This document shows, one piece after another, positions 1 to 8,099 of a stretch of 64,000 bases of DNA. The notes beneath the pieces are model-generated. The model ran no database searches, had not been told where the DNA came from, and saw only the letters and a list, made by a program, of their open reading frames with translations. Every line of letters starts with the position of its first letter. Positions within the stretch are counted from its first letter, which is position 1. This DNA comes from a virus. Location: positions 26,369 to 90,368 of IMG/VR virus record IMGVR_UViG_3300036937_000041. One strand, written 5' to 3'. Position numbers and translations under genes: made by a program.

Positions 1-833
1 AGCAGCTTCGCATGCTTGGGCGTGAGCGCCACCCCACAGATGGCCACCGTATTCGTATACCCCGCTTGGTACATGCTAAGCTGATCAAAGTAGCCCTCGA
101 CAATGATCACCCCCTTACACTTAGATATTGATCTCCATGCACGGTCTAATCCATATAGGTACGCACCTTTATCGTAAATTGGGGTATCCGGGGAGTTCAT
201 GTACTTGGGGGTCGCCCCGGGCGCCGTACCGGCAAAGCCGAGCGTTCTCCCCTGCAAGTCGATCAGTGGGAACACCCACCGGGATGCCCATCGATCAAAG
301 TAACCACGATCGCCCTTGATCAGCAAACCGGAGAGTGCGATCAGCTCCGGAGACCAGTCGGACAACCGTCGGCGAAGCAGACCATCGTCGTAGCCCAGTC
401 GGTACTCGGCAACTATCTCGGGGGATAGCCCCCGCCGCCCCACGAAGTAGTCCTCGGCGTCGGCCAGCCGCTCCACAAAATATTGACCAGCAAGATCGTG
501 GACAGCCAACAGCTGGTCTGCCTGATCATCAGCTTTGTACTCAAGTTTGATCCCCAGCCTGTTCGCCAGGTAAGCGGCCGCCTGGCCAAAGGTCATCCGC
601 TGATAGTCCATCAAAAACGTGAACACGTTGCCGCCCCGTCCGCAGCCAAAGCATTTGTATATCTGCTTGGTTCGACTGACGCTAAAGCTCGGTGCCTGCT
701 CCGTGTGGTCTAAAAATGGGCATATTGCCTGATATTCGGTGCTCCCCTTGGCCTTGAGCGTAACCCACTGGGATATCAGGTCAACGATGTCCGTCTGCAC
801 ACGTATGTTGTCCAGCAGATTGCGTGGGATCAT
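1..833 (-). CDS. dnaG: DNA primase (CHC2 zinc finger + Toprim), runs off the left edge
   Basis: Not in the ORF track. Manual translation from the ATG at 833 gives MIPRNLLDNIRVQTDIVDLISQWV..CPFLDH..PSF..YKCFGCGRGGNVFTF (CHC2 finger), and near the edge VIIVEGYFDQLSMYQAGYTNTVAICGVALT (Toprim). Confidence 0.95.
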   Translation of the reverse strand, partial: MIPRNLLDNIRVQTDIVDLISQWVTLKAKGSTEYQAICPFLDHTEQAPSFSVSRTKQIYKCFGCGRGGNVFTFLMDYQRMTFGQAAAYLANRLGIKLEYKADDQADQLLAVHDLAGQYFVERLADAEDYFVGRRGLSPEIVAEYRLGYDDGLLRRRLSDWSPELIALSGLLIKGDRGYFDRWASRWVFPLIDLQGRTLGFAGTAPGATPKYMNSPDTPIYDKGAYLYGLDRAWRSISKCKGVIIVEGYFDQLSMYQAGYTNTVAICGVALTPKHAKL

Positions 834-838
834 AGTAG

Positions 839-847
839 AGTATACGC
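839..847 (-). promoter_or_regulatory. Extended -10 promoter GCGTATACT, 5 nt before the dnaG ATG (leaderless)
   Basis: Minus strand reads gcgTATACTctactATG with no SD; variant of the recurrent GCGTATAAT motif. Confidence 0.7.
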
Positions 848-881
848 CGTTCTTCCTTGACAGCCGTTTACAAAATTTCTG

Positions 882-1152
882 ATGGCCCCTGTGGTTCATT
901 CCACCCGGCAACGATCAACTTGCCGACGCTAGCGTGGGGCCATATAAGATTTGGCCGGTCTGACGCCCATAGATTAACGATGCTCACCGGGCTTCTGCTC
1001 GCACCATACTCGTCTACGATTTATCAAACCGGCCATTCTATACTTTCTCGGCGCTGCACGTCCACCGGTGGAGGCCCGCAGATGTGCACAAGCGGGTAAG
1101 CCCGGCCGTCGATCGGATGAAAGCTATTAGACCGATCAACAGCGCGCGCCGA
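882..1152 (-). ncRNA. Putative structured non-coding RNA, three domains, two candidate pseudoknots
   Basis: No minus-strand ORF of 60 aa or more. Helices 1048-1054/1146-1152, 1105-1116/1132-1143, 952-963/1024-1035 and 882-889/936-943. Mismatches become G-U pairs only on the minus strand. Loop complementarity at 987-994/1098-1105. Confidence 0.65.
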
Positions 1153-1167
1153 TTCCTTATATTCCGC

Positions 1168-1575
1168 TTATCGATTCTCTACCGGGGGTGCCGGAGGCTC
1201 TTCTACAGTCGCCGCGGGCTCGGTCGCCGTAGGTTCGGGCGCCGGAGGCTCTTCTACGGGCGCCGTAGGTTCAGGCGCCGGAGGCTCTTCCGGGGGCACT
1301 GTGGGCGCCTGTGGCGGTGCCGTGGGGGCAACAGGCGGCCGCTCGACTGCCTCCGCCTTCTCGGCCTCCAGGGTGGCGAGCGCCTGCTTGGTGATCAGCT
1401 TTCCGTCGTAGACGGTCAGGTCGAGACGGCTTTCGTTAAGCACCGAACTGGGGCCGACCAGACGATCGATAGCCTGCTCGGCAAACTTGCGGATCAACGG
1501 GCTATCCGGAACATCCAGCTCGTCCTTGAGCGCCTGCGCCAGCTCGTCGCCGACGATAATCTTAATCTCTGACAT
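1168..1575 (-). CDS. Hypothetical protein, RHH-like N-terminus, Pro/Glu-rich repeat tail (EEPPAPEPT)
   Basis: AGGAG SD and promoter motif at 1600-1608 favour the MSEIK start at 1575; repeats visible in the protein. Confidence 0.75.
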   Translation of the reverse strand: MSEIKIIVGDELAQALKDELDVPDSPLIRKFAEQAIDRLVGPSSVLNESRLDLTVYDGKLITKQALATLEAEKAEAVERPPVAPTAPPQAPTVPPEEPPAPEPTAPVEEPPAPEPTATEPAATVEEPPAPPVENR

Positions 1576-1599
1576 TCGGGTCTCCTTTCCTTTTGATAC

Positions 1600-1608
1600 A
1601 GTATACGC
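1600..1608 (-). promoter_or_regulatory. Extended -10 promoter GCGTATACT
   Basis: Motif upstream of the SD and ATG of 1168-1575. Confidence 0.6.
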
Positions 1609-1612
1609 TATT

Positions 1613-2704
1613 TTAGAGTACATGGCTAGCATTTGCAGAGTGATCTACTGGTTTTCCCTGGGCGTCCACTATACACCTGTTCGCCTTATCGAATAAAAAT
1701 GTTTTACCGCTAAAGTGCTCGCGGGGGTGCCCGTCCCATGTACATCTACGGCGGAAGAATATTTTCCTATCAGTCCTGGACTTCTTGGCCATACGCTCAA
1801 GAAAATCATTGCCATGCCGTGTGTTGGAGAACATGGTGAGCAGCCCGGGGAGCCTGCCGTTAACCGACTTCCAGGCGACAAATCGAGATTTCATACGCCC
1901 GTAGATCGCGCTGTACATTACTTCCGCCGCGTCATAATCTTGGCCCATGACCGCCTTCTTTGACCCCTCTACGACCTCCAGATAGTTTGCCTCGTCAATT
2001 CCGCCGCCCATCAGATTGTAGCCTATGGCGGACAACGCCGATCCGCTCCCGGGGAAGATCACCACATCCTTGGGAAACCGCAGCTCCGATGGATATTTTT
2101 GGCTCTCTTCAATTTTGGCAATATTACACTGGGGCGGGAAATAGGTGTTGAAAAACGGACAATCAAATGCTTTGAGCACCGAGGTAAACGTGACCTTGCG
2201 CGCCAGCTTGGCGTTGCGCGACATGCAGACAAACGAGATACCCTGACCATCGGGGTCAAGACGATAGTACTCCATTGGCTTCGCACGGGTGAGCACCTGC
2301 ATCACGTCCAGGCGGAGCAGCGATCGAAATTTGTGGGTCTTGCCCGAGCCTATGCCCTCGATGTCAATAAATGTGTCGGTGCCATACCGGTGGCGCGCAT
2401 GCCACAGGTCAATAATATCCTGCCTGTGCACCGGCCACAGCCCCTGGATCTCCCGAGTTTCGTCCTCTATCTGCTCAACGTAATAGCGCCCGCCGCCATA
2501 ATACGGGTCGTCCAACAGTGTCTCCAGCGGCACCGTATCAAACTCTGCCTGATCATGTTCGTCCCACCGCGACTTAGGCTCGTAGACTATTCCACGATCA
2601 CGATCGCGCTCGACCAGCCGAGTGGTCTCGTTTGCGAGCGCGCGGAACATCGGGGTATCAAGGGGATTGTACTGCGGATCGCCAGGTTCAATCATCTGCG
2701 TCAA
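1613..2704 (-). CDS. Terminase large subunit-like ATPase (ATPase domain only)
   Basis: Walker A GIGSGKT, Walker B GGGIDEANY, motif III FSN; 363 aa with no recognisable C-terminal RNase H nuclease domain. Confidence 0.75.
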   Translation of the reverse strand: MTQMIEPGDPQYNPLDTPMFRALANETTRLVERDRDRGIVYEPKSRWDEHDQAEFDTVPLETLLDDPYYGGGRYYVEQIEDETREIQGLWPVHRQDIIDLWHARHRYGTDTFIDIEGIGSGKTHKFRSLLRLDVMQVLTRAKPMEYYRLDPDGQGISFVCMSRNAKLARKVTFTSVLKAFDCPFFNTYFPPQCNIAKIEESQKYPSELRFPKDVVIFPGSGSALSAIGYNLMGGGIDEANYLEVVEGSKKAVMGQDYDAAEVMYSAIYGRMKSRFVAWKSVNGRLPGLLTMFSNTRHGNDFLERMAKKSRTDRKIFFRRRCTWDGHPREHFSGKTFLFDKANRCIVDAQGKPVDHSANASHVL

Positions 2705-2891
2705 AGAATCCTTCTGCTATTGGTCGGCCTTCACGGGCCGCCACGGCCGCCTCTTCCTTGGCCTGTTTATACAGCCCGTAGCACATGCCCAGACGTTCTT
2801 TACCGTTCGGCTTGGTCTTCTGCGCCTCGGCGCTGCCCATGCACCGACTGACAAAGTCGCCCACGCTTTCATTCTTTCTCGGCCGTGGCAT
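2688..2891 (-). CDS. Small conserved phage protein (P.P...E...F.SRCM...R...CY motif)
   Basis: MPRPRKNESVGDFVSRCM..ERLGMCYGLY resembles a motif common near phage head genes; GAGGAG SD. Confidence 0.6.
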   Translation of the reverse strand: MPRPRKNESVGDFVSRCMGSAEAQKTKPNGKERLGMCYGLYKQAKEEAAVAAREGRPIAEGFFDADD

Positions 2892-3162
2892 CGTCTTCTC
2901 CTCGAATGATATCAATAGAGTCTATGGATAGTATCTCGGTGACCACCCGTGTGCCGTTCGAGCCCATGACAGTCCGGGCGCGCCCACGAATTCCAAACTT
3001 CAAATCGGTGGACGGAATGCTCTGCGCACCCCCGTGAACCAGTTCGAACGGTGGCGCGCCGGAGCGCAGATGATCGGCCATCGTCTTCATCGCCGCGGCG
3101 GAGATTATTGTTCCATTTTTACCCGGTTGGCCCGCCTTGATCAACGTCCCTTTATGTTTCAT
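2869..3162 (-). CDS. Hypothetical protein
   Basis: ATGA overlap with the upstream gene; GGAGG SD. Confidence 0.6.
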   Translation of the reverse strand: MKHKGTLIKAGQPGKNGTIISAAAMKTMADHLRSGAPPFELVHGGAQSIPSTDLKFGIRGRARTVMGSNGTRVVTEILSIDSIDIIRGEDDATAEKE

Positions 3163-3755
3163 CCTATGTCCTCCAACGTAAAGGTAAGCTGTACGGTGTT
3201 CTGCTCCCCGTCGATCACCCAGCCTTTCTCCAAGATGTGTTCAAACAGCTGGCGAAGTCGCCGGACATCCTGCAGCACATATCCAAAGAGATCGGCCCAG
3301 TGACCGTCGGCGAGCATGCTGGGCGCCAGACGGCCGAGCTTCGCCGGTTTACCGTGGCCGAGGGTGGCCGCGCACACCACGTCGAGGCCCAGCGATCCGT
3401 TTAAGACCGTGGATCTGCCCAGGCGTGCAAGCGCGTCATCTATCGAGGTCGCCGAGTGCTTGGCACACACTATCAGCTCAAACACATCTATGTCGGTCCA
3501 CAGCGTTGTATCGGGGGTGTTCGACTGCTGAACAATATACGAGTCAAAAGCTTTCCCGTTGTAGGAGACCACCCTGTTCCCCCGAAGATATCCCTCAAGC
3601 TGTTCCTCCTGGCCGGGCATGAAAAAGTTGTATCGATCATGGTCATAGTTGTAGACGCAGCCGACGCCCAAGCGCATACCCGCCTTATCAACCCATCCGC
3701 CCTCAAGCTGCTCGGCCAGGTACTTCGTTTCAATATCGTAGACTAAGAGTGACAT
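3159..3755 (-). CDS. RNase H-fold DEDD 3'-5' exonuclease (RNase_H_2/YprB-like)
   Basis: ExoI YDIET, ExoII YNGKAFD, ExoIII YVLQD. Confidence 0.85.
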   Translation of the reverse strand: MSLLVYDIETKYLAEQLEGGWVDKAGMRLGVGCVYNYDHDRYNFFMPGQEEQLEGYLRGNRVVSYNGKAFDSYIVQQSNTPDTTLWTDIDVFELIVCAKHSATSIDDALARLGRSTVLNGSLGLDVVCAATLGHGKPAKLGRLAPSMLADGHWADLFGYVLQDVRRLRQLFEHILEKGWVIDGEQNTVQLTFTLEDIG

Positions 3756-4114
3756 TTATCGCCCTCCAAAGTCCAGCGCAGCAGGTGATCGAACTTGTAG
3801 AAAATGGGGTACTTGAGCTTCTGCGCCAGGTCATATTCGTCGCGCGCCCCCGGAGAGTTTATCCACCCGTCGACCATGAGCATGCAGTTACATACGTTGA
3901 TGATAATCAGTTTATCGAGCGCAATCCAATAATCGTATTCCGCTGTGGGCGCATACCGATCCATATGCTGGCTGTGCGTGTGTGGACAATAGTGGTAGAT
4001 ACTGTGCTCCGCGCAGCTGATCGCCAACGCGCGCGCCCGCCCAACATTCTCGTCGACGGCGAGCATGGTCGGCGCCGAGTATGGTCCGGCTATGTACACA
4101 AATGGGGTTACCAT
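3743..4114 (-). CDS. Nucleoside 2-deoxyribosyltransferase-like protein (DUF4406/DUF1937 type)
   Basis: VYIAGPYS..CPH..W..SPGARDEYDLA pattern. Confidence 0.75.
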   Translation of the reverse strand: MVTPFVYIAGPYSAPTMLAVDENVGRARALAISCAEHSIYHYCPHTHSQHMDRYAPTAEYDYWIALDKLIIINVCNCMLMVDGWINSPGARDEYDLAQKLKYPIFYKFDHLLRWTLEGDKCHS

Positions 4115-5007
4115 GACGGGAGCGCCTCTACAAAGCCGGGGTCAAGTTTATCGGTCTCGTCCTTAAACTCTTTGACGGCGCGCAGAAGATGCCGCAGGTT
4201 ATTGACACCCCCGGCGGTCTCGATCACCTGTTTTATCGCGGGCAACACTGTAGATAGCTGATCAAGACTATCAACCCCGAGCTCTTTTTTCAGATTGTCG
4301 ACCTCGGAGCGCCGTTGTGCGCTCTCCAAGCGCCTGACCTCGGATGACAGCATAGCTATCTCTTCGGCCATCTTAGTACCGATCTCCCGGCCGAGCAGAT
4401 GATTTCGCTTGCGATCGGCCATCCACGATCTAAAGTAATCTATTTTATTCCCGTGAAATGGCCACCTGTCCGGGTCTACTTTGTTCATCAGTATATACAT
4501 CAGAAAATTGGCATCGAGTGGTACGTTCCTATTCAGCGGTTTGACCACGGTCCTGACCGTCCCCGACTCATGCACGTAGACCAGACCGACCCCGCCGCCG
4601 ATGGTCTTCACCTCGTTCTGGTGGATCAACCCATTGGGGCAGGCGAAGGCAAACACATCACAGTATTGAAGATACTGTGGCCACTTAGTATCGGACAGAA
4701 AATCCTGCCTCGATACTTTTATCTCATAGGCGGTGACCAGCGGGTTGGCCCACGATTTGGCGATGGCCACCAGGTCCATACGACACATGTTATCGTTGAA
4801 CCAAGTGGGGCCGTTCTTGCACTCGGTGACAACAAAGTCTTTTGCATGCCTGCCCTCGGCGAGGGCGCGCGCGATCTCAGCGGCTACCATTGTAAGTATG
4901 GTCCTTTCTGCCACAAAGGCCATCTGATCCAGATGCCGAACAGCAACGGAACATACTTGTATCCCCAGGGTGGCTCTATGGAAAAGGCAGGGCGTAGCCT
5001 CCCCCAC
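4108..5007 (-). CDS. MmcB-family PD-(D/E)xK nuclease-like protein (true start probably near 4890)
   Basis: RMDLVAI..YEIKVSRQDFLSDTKWPQYLQYCDVFAFACP signature. Confidence 0.8.
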   Translation of the reverse strand: MGEATPCLFHRATLGIQVCSVAVRHLDQMAFVAERTILTMVAAEIARALAEGRHAKDFVVTECKNGPTWFNDNMCRMDLVAIAKSWANPLVTAYEIKVSRQDFLSDTKWPQYLQYCDVFAFACPNGLIHQNEVKTIGGGVGLVYVHESGTVRTVVKPLNRNVPLDANFLMYILMNKVDPDRWPFHGNKIDYFRSWMADRKRNHLLGREIGTKMAEEIAMLSSEVRRLESAQRRSEVDNLKKELGVDSLDQLSTVLPAIKQVIETAGGVNNLRHLLRAVKEFKDETDKLDPGFVEALPSW

Positions 5008-5068
5008 CGAAGATATCCGAACACCCAGAAGAATCGCATGGGAACTGTTATAAGATATTCAGCGTCGT

Positions 5069-5464
5069 TCAAGATGGACCGTCCTCTCCGGGCCACGATG
5101 GTCGTCGGTCAACCTCCAGGTCGAGCCCACGCTCATCCGCCTCCTCTTTGATCAGCACGTATACCGGGTTATCCTGCAGGTTGAGCATCGCCCAACTTAG
5201 ATAGTGATCGTCCAGATCGCAGATCAGCGTCCCCGCGTGCTTACCGAACGAGAGCGCGACCGTCTGCGGCGATAGTCTACGCTTTTTGTACTCCTGCTCG
5301 GCGGCGGTCAACCAGTATCCGGGGTCAAAGGTAGAGCATATAAATAGGATATACTCATCGGGGACCTGCGCAATGGTCTGCCCCTTGTACTTGCCAAAAG
5401 GGAGCTCGGAAACCCCGTTCTGCCGCCGGTCCAGCTCCAGGTCATCATCTCGTGTATGTCTCAA
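5069..5464 (-). CDS. DUF3820/ExoX C-terminal-like protein with two FGK(Y/H).G repeats
   Basis: LPFGKYKGQTIAQVPDEYI and LSFGKHAGTLICDLDDHYLSW. Confidence 0.7.
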   Translation of the reverse strand: MRHTRDDDLELDRRQNGVSELPFGKYKGQTIAQVPDEYILFICSTFDPGYWLTAAEQEYKKRRLSPQTVALSFGKHAGTLICDLDDHYLSWAMLNLQDNPVYVLIKEEADERGLDLEVDRRPSWPGEDGPS

Positions 5465-5543
5465 CGCCTACTCACTCCTATGATCAAGATAACTATGGGG
5501 ATCAAGATGACCAGCACGGCCATCCCGATCAATATGTAGTCTA

Positions 5544-5777
5544 TTATACGCAATTGTAGACAAACCTTCTCGTCTGCTCGTCGCTTATGGCCGGATATTC
5601 TTCGGCCAACCTGTATCCGGCGGCCCACAGTTCTCTGAACCTCGCCGACCATCCAGGTCCCCTGTACGGACAGTCAGAAAACGCATGGCCAGCCCGCTGG
5701 GCGACAAATCCTTGCCAGCATTTACCGGCCATCGATCGGTTGCCCGGGGGTCTAAAGTTTAGATCGGGCCATTTCAT
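5544..5777 (-). CDS. Rmf/CrpP-fold small protein
   Basis: WQGFVAQRAG....DCPY......FRELWAAGYRLA matches the ribosome modulation factor pattern; ATGA-coupled start at 5777. Confidence 0.55.
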   Translation of the reverse strand: MKWPDLNFRPPGNRSMAGKCWQGFVAQRAGHAFSDCPYRGPGWSARFRELWAAGYRLAEEYPAISDEQTRRFVYNCV

Positions 5778-5893
5778 ACCGCCAACCAGATCAAAAAGGC
5801 CAAACATATCAACAGGCAGATTGTCAAAGACAGGCAGCCGATCGACTTAGTATAGCCGATGCGCATACCCCGACGATTACCCCAAAACCACAT
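5774..5893 (-). CDS. 39-aa membrane peptide
   Basis: Manual translation MWFWGNRRG..CLSLTICLLICLAFLIWLAV; its stop overlaps the next ATG. Confidence 0.5.
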   Translation of the reverse strand: MWFWGNRRGMRIGYTKSIGCLSLTICLLICLAFLIWLAV

Positions 5894-5898
5894 ACCCA

Positions 5899-6663
5899 CT
5901 AGCAGATGTCCCTTCTCGACGTACGCAAGTGCTTCATAACAGAACGAAGGTTTTCAACCTTGGCCTCGAACACCTTTGAGTCCTCGAAGCCCAGCTTGTG
6001 AAAACCGAGCGCGCGGACGATCACGACCATCGGATCCGCGTAAACGGCATCCCCACCATATTTGGCGAACGCAGATCCGGCAGATCCAACGGTTGAACTT
6101 CGAAGCACCTCAAACAGTCTAGATGTGGCCAGGCGTTCTCCGATCAAATGGTCATCAACGTCCCCAAACGCACGGACAGCCACGCCGTAGTAGACTACGC
6201 TGCCGATAAGCTTGTGGCAGATGATAGCGCGCAGCCGATCATCGCAGTCTTGGACGTAGGTCAGCGTAGAGCCCTCGACCATCGCCGCCTTTTTCTTGCT
6301 ACGCATCTTCGTCGCGCTGTCCATCGCCTTCTTCTCAAGATATCCAGCGGCGACCAGCTTGTCGAACAAGATCGACAGGGCGCCAATACGACTGCTATCT
6401 TCGACCTCGATTATGCGCTTGTCAAAAAAGAGTAAAGTATATCTGGAAAATGGTTTAGACCCGCCCATGCCAACACCGAGCAAGACTTCCAGCGTAGCCC
6501 CGGCGGGAAGCTGTTTGCACAGCCATTTCTCTATGTGACTCGGCCTGGCCAACAGACTGGTAATCGGTGAACTGCCAGCCAGTATGATTTCATTGTCAGG
6601 ACCGTCGTCAAACCCCCAGTCCCGTAGTCGTCGGGCAAACTTCTCATCAGCACACGCGTTCAC
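5899..6663 (-). CDS. Hypothetical protein
   Basis: 254-aa ORF with AGGAG SD. Confidence 0.7.
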   Translation of the reverse strand: MNACADEKFARRLRDWGFDDGPDNEIILAGSSPITSLLARPSHIEKWLCKQLPAGATLEVLLGVGMGGSKPFSRYTLLFFDKRIIEVEDSSRIGALSILFDKLVAAGYLEKKAMDSATKMRSKKKAAMVEGSTLTYVQDCDDRLRAIICHKLIGSVVYYGVAVRAFGDVDDHLIGERLATSRLFEVLRSSTVGSAGSAFAKYGGDAVYADPMVVIVRALGFHKLGFEDSKVFEAKVENLRSVMKHLRTSRRDIC

Positions 6664-6694
6664 TTACAATCTCCTTCTCTAATTCGAATTTCTC

Positions 6695-6964
6695 TTAGGC
6701 CGGTTTTTTCCAATTTATTGGTACACCTAACACTGGAATATGTTCTGGTCGTAGCCGCTCTATCAGTCCACGTTTAAAGTGCAGGCGTTTGATCTCCTTG
6801 TCTATCCTGGCGATCAACGCATGCTGTGCGCCATCCAGGGTAGCCCACCTGTGGCTTGCCGGAAAATCGACCCCGACCTTGCGCGGTGCTTTATGTGGTG
6901 TATATCCAGATTTGACTATCCCACAATCATCGACGTTTCTAAAATAAGGGGTATACGAGATCAT
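6695..6964 (-). CDS. Hypothetical protein
   Basis: ATGA-coupled to the upstream ORF. Confidence 0.6.
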   Translation of the reverse strand: MISYTPYFRNVDDCGIVKSGYTPHKAPRKVGVDFPASHRWATLDGAQHALIARIDKEIKRLHFKRGLIERLRPEHIPVLGVPINWKKPA

Positions 6965-7236
6965 GTACGTTCTCCCGGGGGCAAGAATTCAAAACGATCG
7001 CCATCGTGGACGAGCACCGGGGCGTCGACCGGGGGCAAGAATTCAAAACGATCGCCATCGTGGACGAGCACCGGGGCGTCGACCAGACGCAGCCTGTCCC
7101 CGTTTTCCAGCGTCTTCCACAGCTCGTGGTCATCTGGGACGCCCGAAATCACTCGCAGTTCTTCAATCTGAATATTGTCATAGTAACATATGTGCTCGAC
7201 GCCATTCATGTAGTATTTGCGTTCAACGTCGGTCAT
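6961..7236 (-). CDS. Ubiquitin-like (multi-ubiquitin-type beta-grasp) domain protein
   Basis: YYMNG....I.IEELR.ISGVP.DHELW....GD......V.VHDGDRFEF.PP fits the Multi_ubiq-type pattern; GGAGG SD. Confidence 0.5.
   Translation of the reverse strand: MTDVERKYYMNGVEHICYYDNIQIEELRVISGVPDDHELWKTLENGDRLRLVDAPVLVHDGDRFEFLPPVDAPVLVHDGDRFEFLPPGERT
6975..7084. repeat. Perfect 54-bp tandem duplication (VDAPVLVHDGDRFEFLPP x2)
   Basis: Copies start at 6975 and 7029; identical and in frame. Confidence 0.95.
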
Positions 7237-7768
7237 CTTGTTCCTCCAACATTGCGCTGACCCACGGGTCTGCCTCCGTCCGCGCGTACAGCCAGCAAAT
7301 TATGTCCAAGCCCGATATTGTACCGCCCTCGCGGGGGATCTTGGCCACAAAATCCCACTTAAACTGCTGATGATACTTGAATGCATACTCTTTGTCGACA
7401 AACATGGCCAGTATGTTGAACGCCAGGTCGGCGGGGCCACTCCCACCATACCCCCACTCAAAGCCGGTCGGGGAATGAAACACATATCGATGGGGAACAT
7501 TAGTATGCGCATGATCGTCGCGCCACATTCGTATAACAGCGGGCAACCGCCAGAAAGAGCGCAGGCGAAATGGTCGACTGTCATCCGCTTCCGCAACGCG
7601 GGACACCCGCGCAGGACCAGCCTGACGAGCACGAGCACGCCCATGATTAGCACCGCCGCAGGCACAAGTGCACTTGGGCGAGCGCGCGTGTGCGCACCGA
7701 TCGGCCCATCCAGCGGTACACTGAGGGGCGTCATCCTGTCCGAGGTTAATGGTCTCCGGTTCTTCCAT
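7223..7768 (-). CDS. DUF6166-like protein with Cys-rich N-terminal motif; leaderless
   Basis: HSPTGFEWGYGGSGPADLA motif; C..A..PKCTCACGGANHG; TATAAT 5 nt before the ATG. Confidence 0.75.
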   Translation of the reverse strand: MEEPETINLGQDDAPQCTAGWADRCAHARSPKCTCACGGANHGRARARQAGPARVSRVAEADDSRPFRLRSFWRLPAVIRMWRDDHAHTNVPHRYVFHSPTGFEWGYGGSGPADLAFNILAMFVDKEYAFKYHQQFKWDFVAKIPREGGTISGLDIICWLYARTEADPWVSAMLEEQDDRR

Positions 7769-7773
7769 GTCTT

Positions 7774-7782
7774 ATTATACGC
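7774..7782 (-). promoter_or_regulatory. GCGTATAAT promoter (leaderless start of 7223-7768)
   Basis: gcgTATAATaagacATG. Confidence 0.8.
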
Positions 7783-7799
7783 TAATATGGATTAAAATT

Positions 7800-7871
7800 G
7801 GCCGAGGAAAAGGCGAACCGGGTAGGGGGTTTCGTTTCAAGCGAAGTAACCCGGGTCAATGTCGCTCGGCC
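7800..7871 (-). ncRNA. Short Y RNA-like RNA (no tRNA-like domain)
   Basis: Terminal stem GGCCGAG/CUCGGCC, inner stem CCGGGU/ACCCGG, shared GUUACUUC (7843-7850) and 3' UCGCCUUUUC; same scaffold as the adjacent YrlA. Confidence 0.75.
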
Positions 7872-7879
7872 TATTCGAA

Positions 7880-8021
7880 TTATGTGGGGTAAAGACGATG
7901 AGAGACCTAATGCGCTCTACCAACTGAGCTACCCCGGACATAGCTGGCCCGGGGGCCGGGGTCGAACCGGCGACCTCACGCCCCAAAAGCGAAGTAACTC
8001 TCACCTATGCCACCCACATAA
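7880..8021 (-). ncRNA. yrlA: YrlA-class Y RNA (circularly permuted tRNA mimic)
   Basis: Long terminal stem UUAUGUGGG/CCCACAUAA encloses, in order, a T arm GCCGGUUCGACCCCGGC (7955-7971), a closed acceptor stem with CCA in the loop (7932-7954) and a D arm UAGCUCAGUUGGUAGAGC (7914-7931). Lies just downstream of the Ro60 gene. Confidence 0.92.
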
Positions 8022-8030
8022 ATTTTGTGC

Positions 8031-8099
8031 AGGATGGGAAAAAGGCGAATAAGGTGTTTTTCTAAACAAAGAAGTAACCATATTCTATGCCGCCATCCT
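8031..8099 (-). ncRNA. Short Y RNA-like RNA overlapping the Ro60 stop codon
   Basis: Terminal stem AGGAUGG/CCAUCCU, GGC-AUA bulge-GAAUA/UAUUC-GCC, GUUACUUC at 8071-8078. Confidence 0.75.

Noticed and set aside
7914-7971. tRNA gene
   Set aside because: D and T arms look canonical, but the order is T-acceptor-D with a closed acceptor loop and no anticodon arm. This is YrlA, not a tRNA.
7800-8099. CRISPR mini-array
   Set aside because: Only short motifs (GAAGTAAC) repeat, spacing is irregular, each unit is a self-contained stem, and there are no cas genes.
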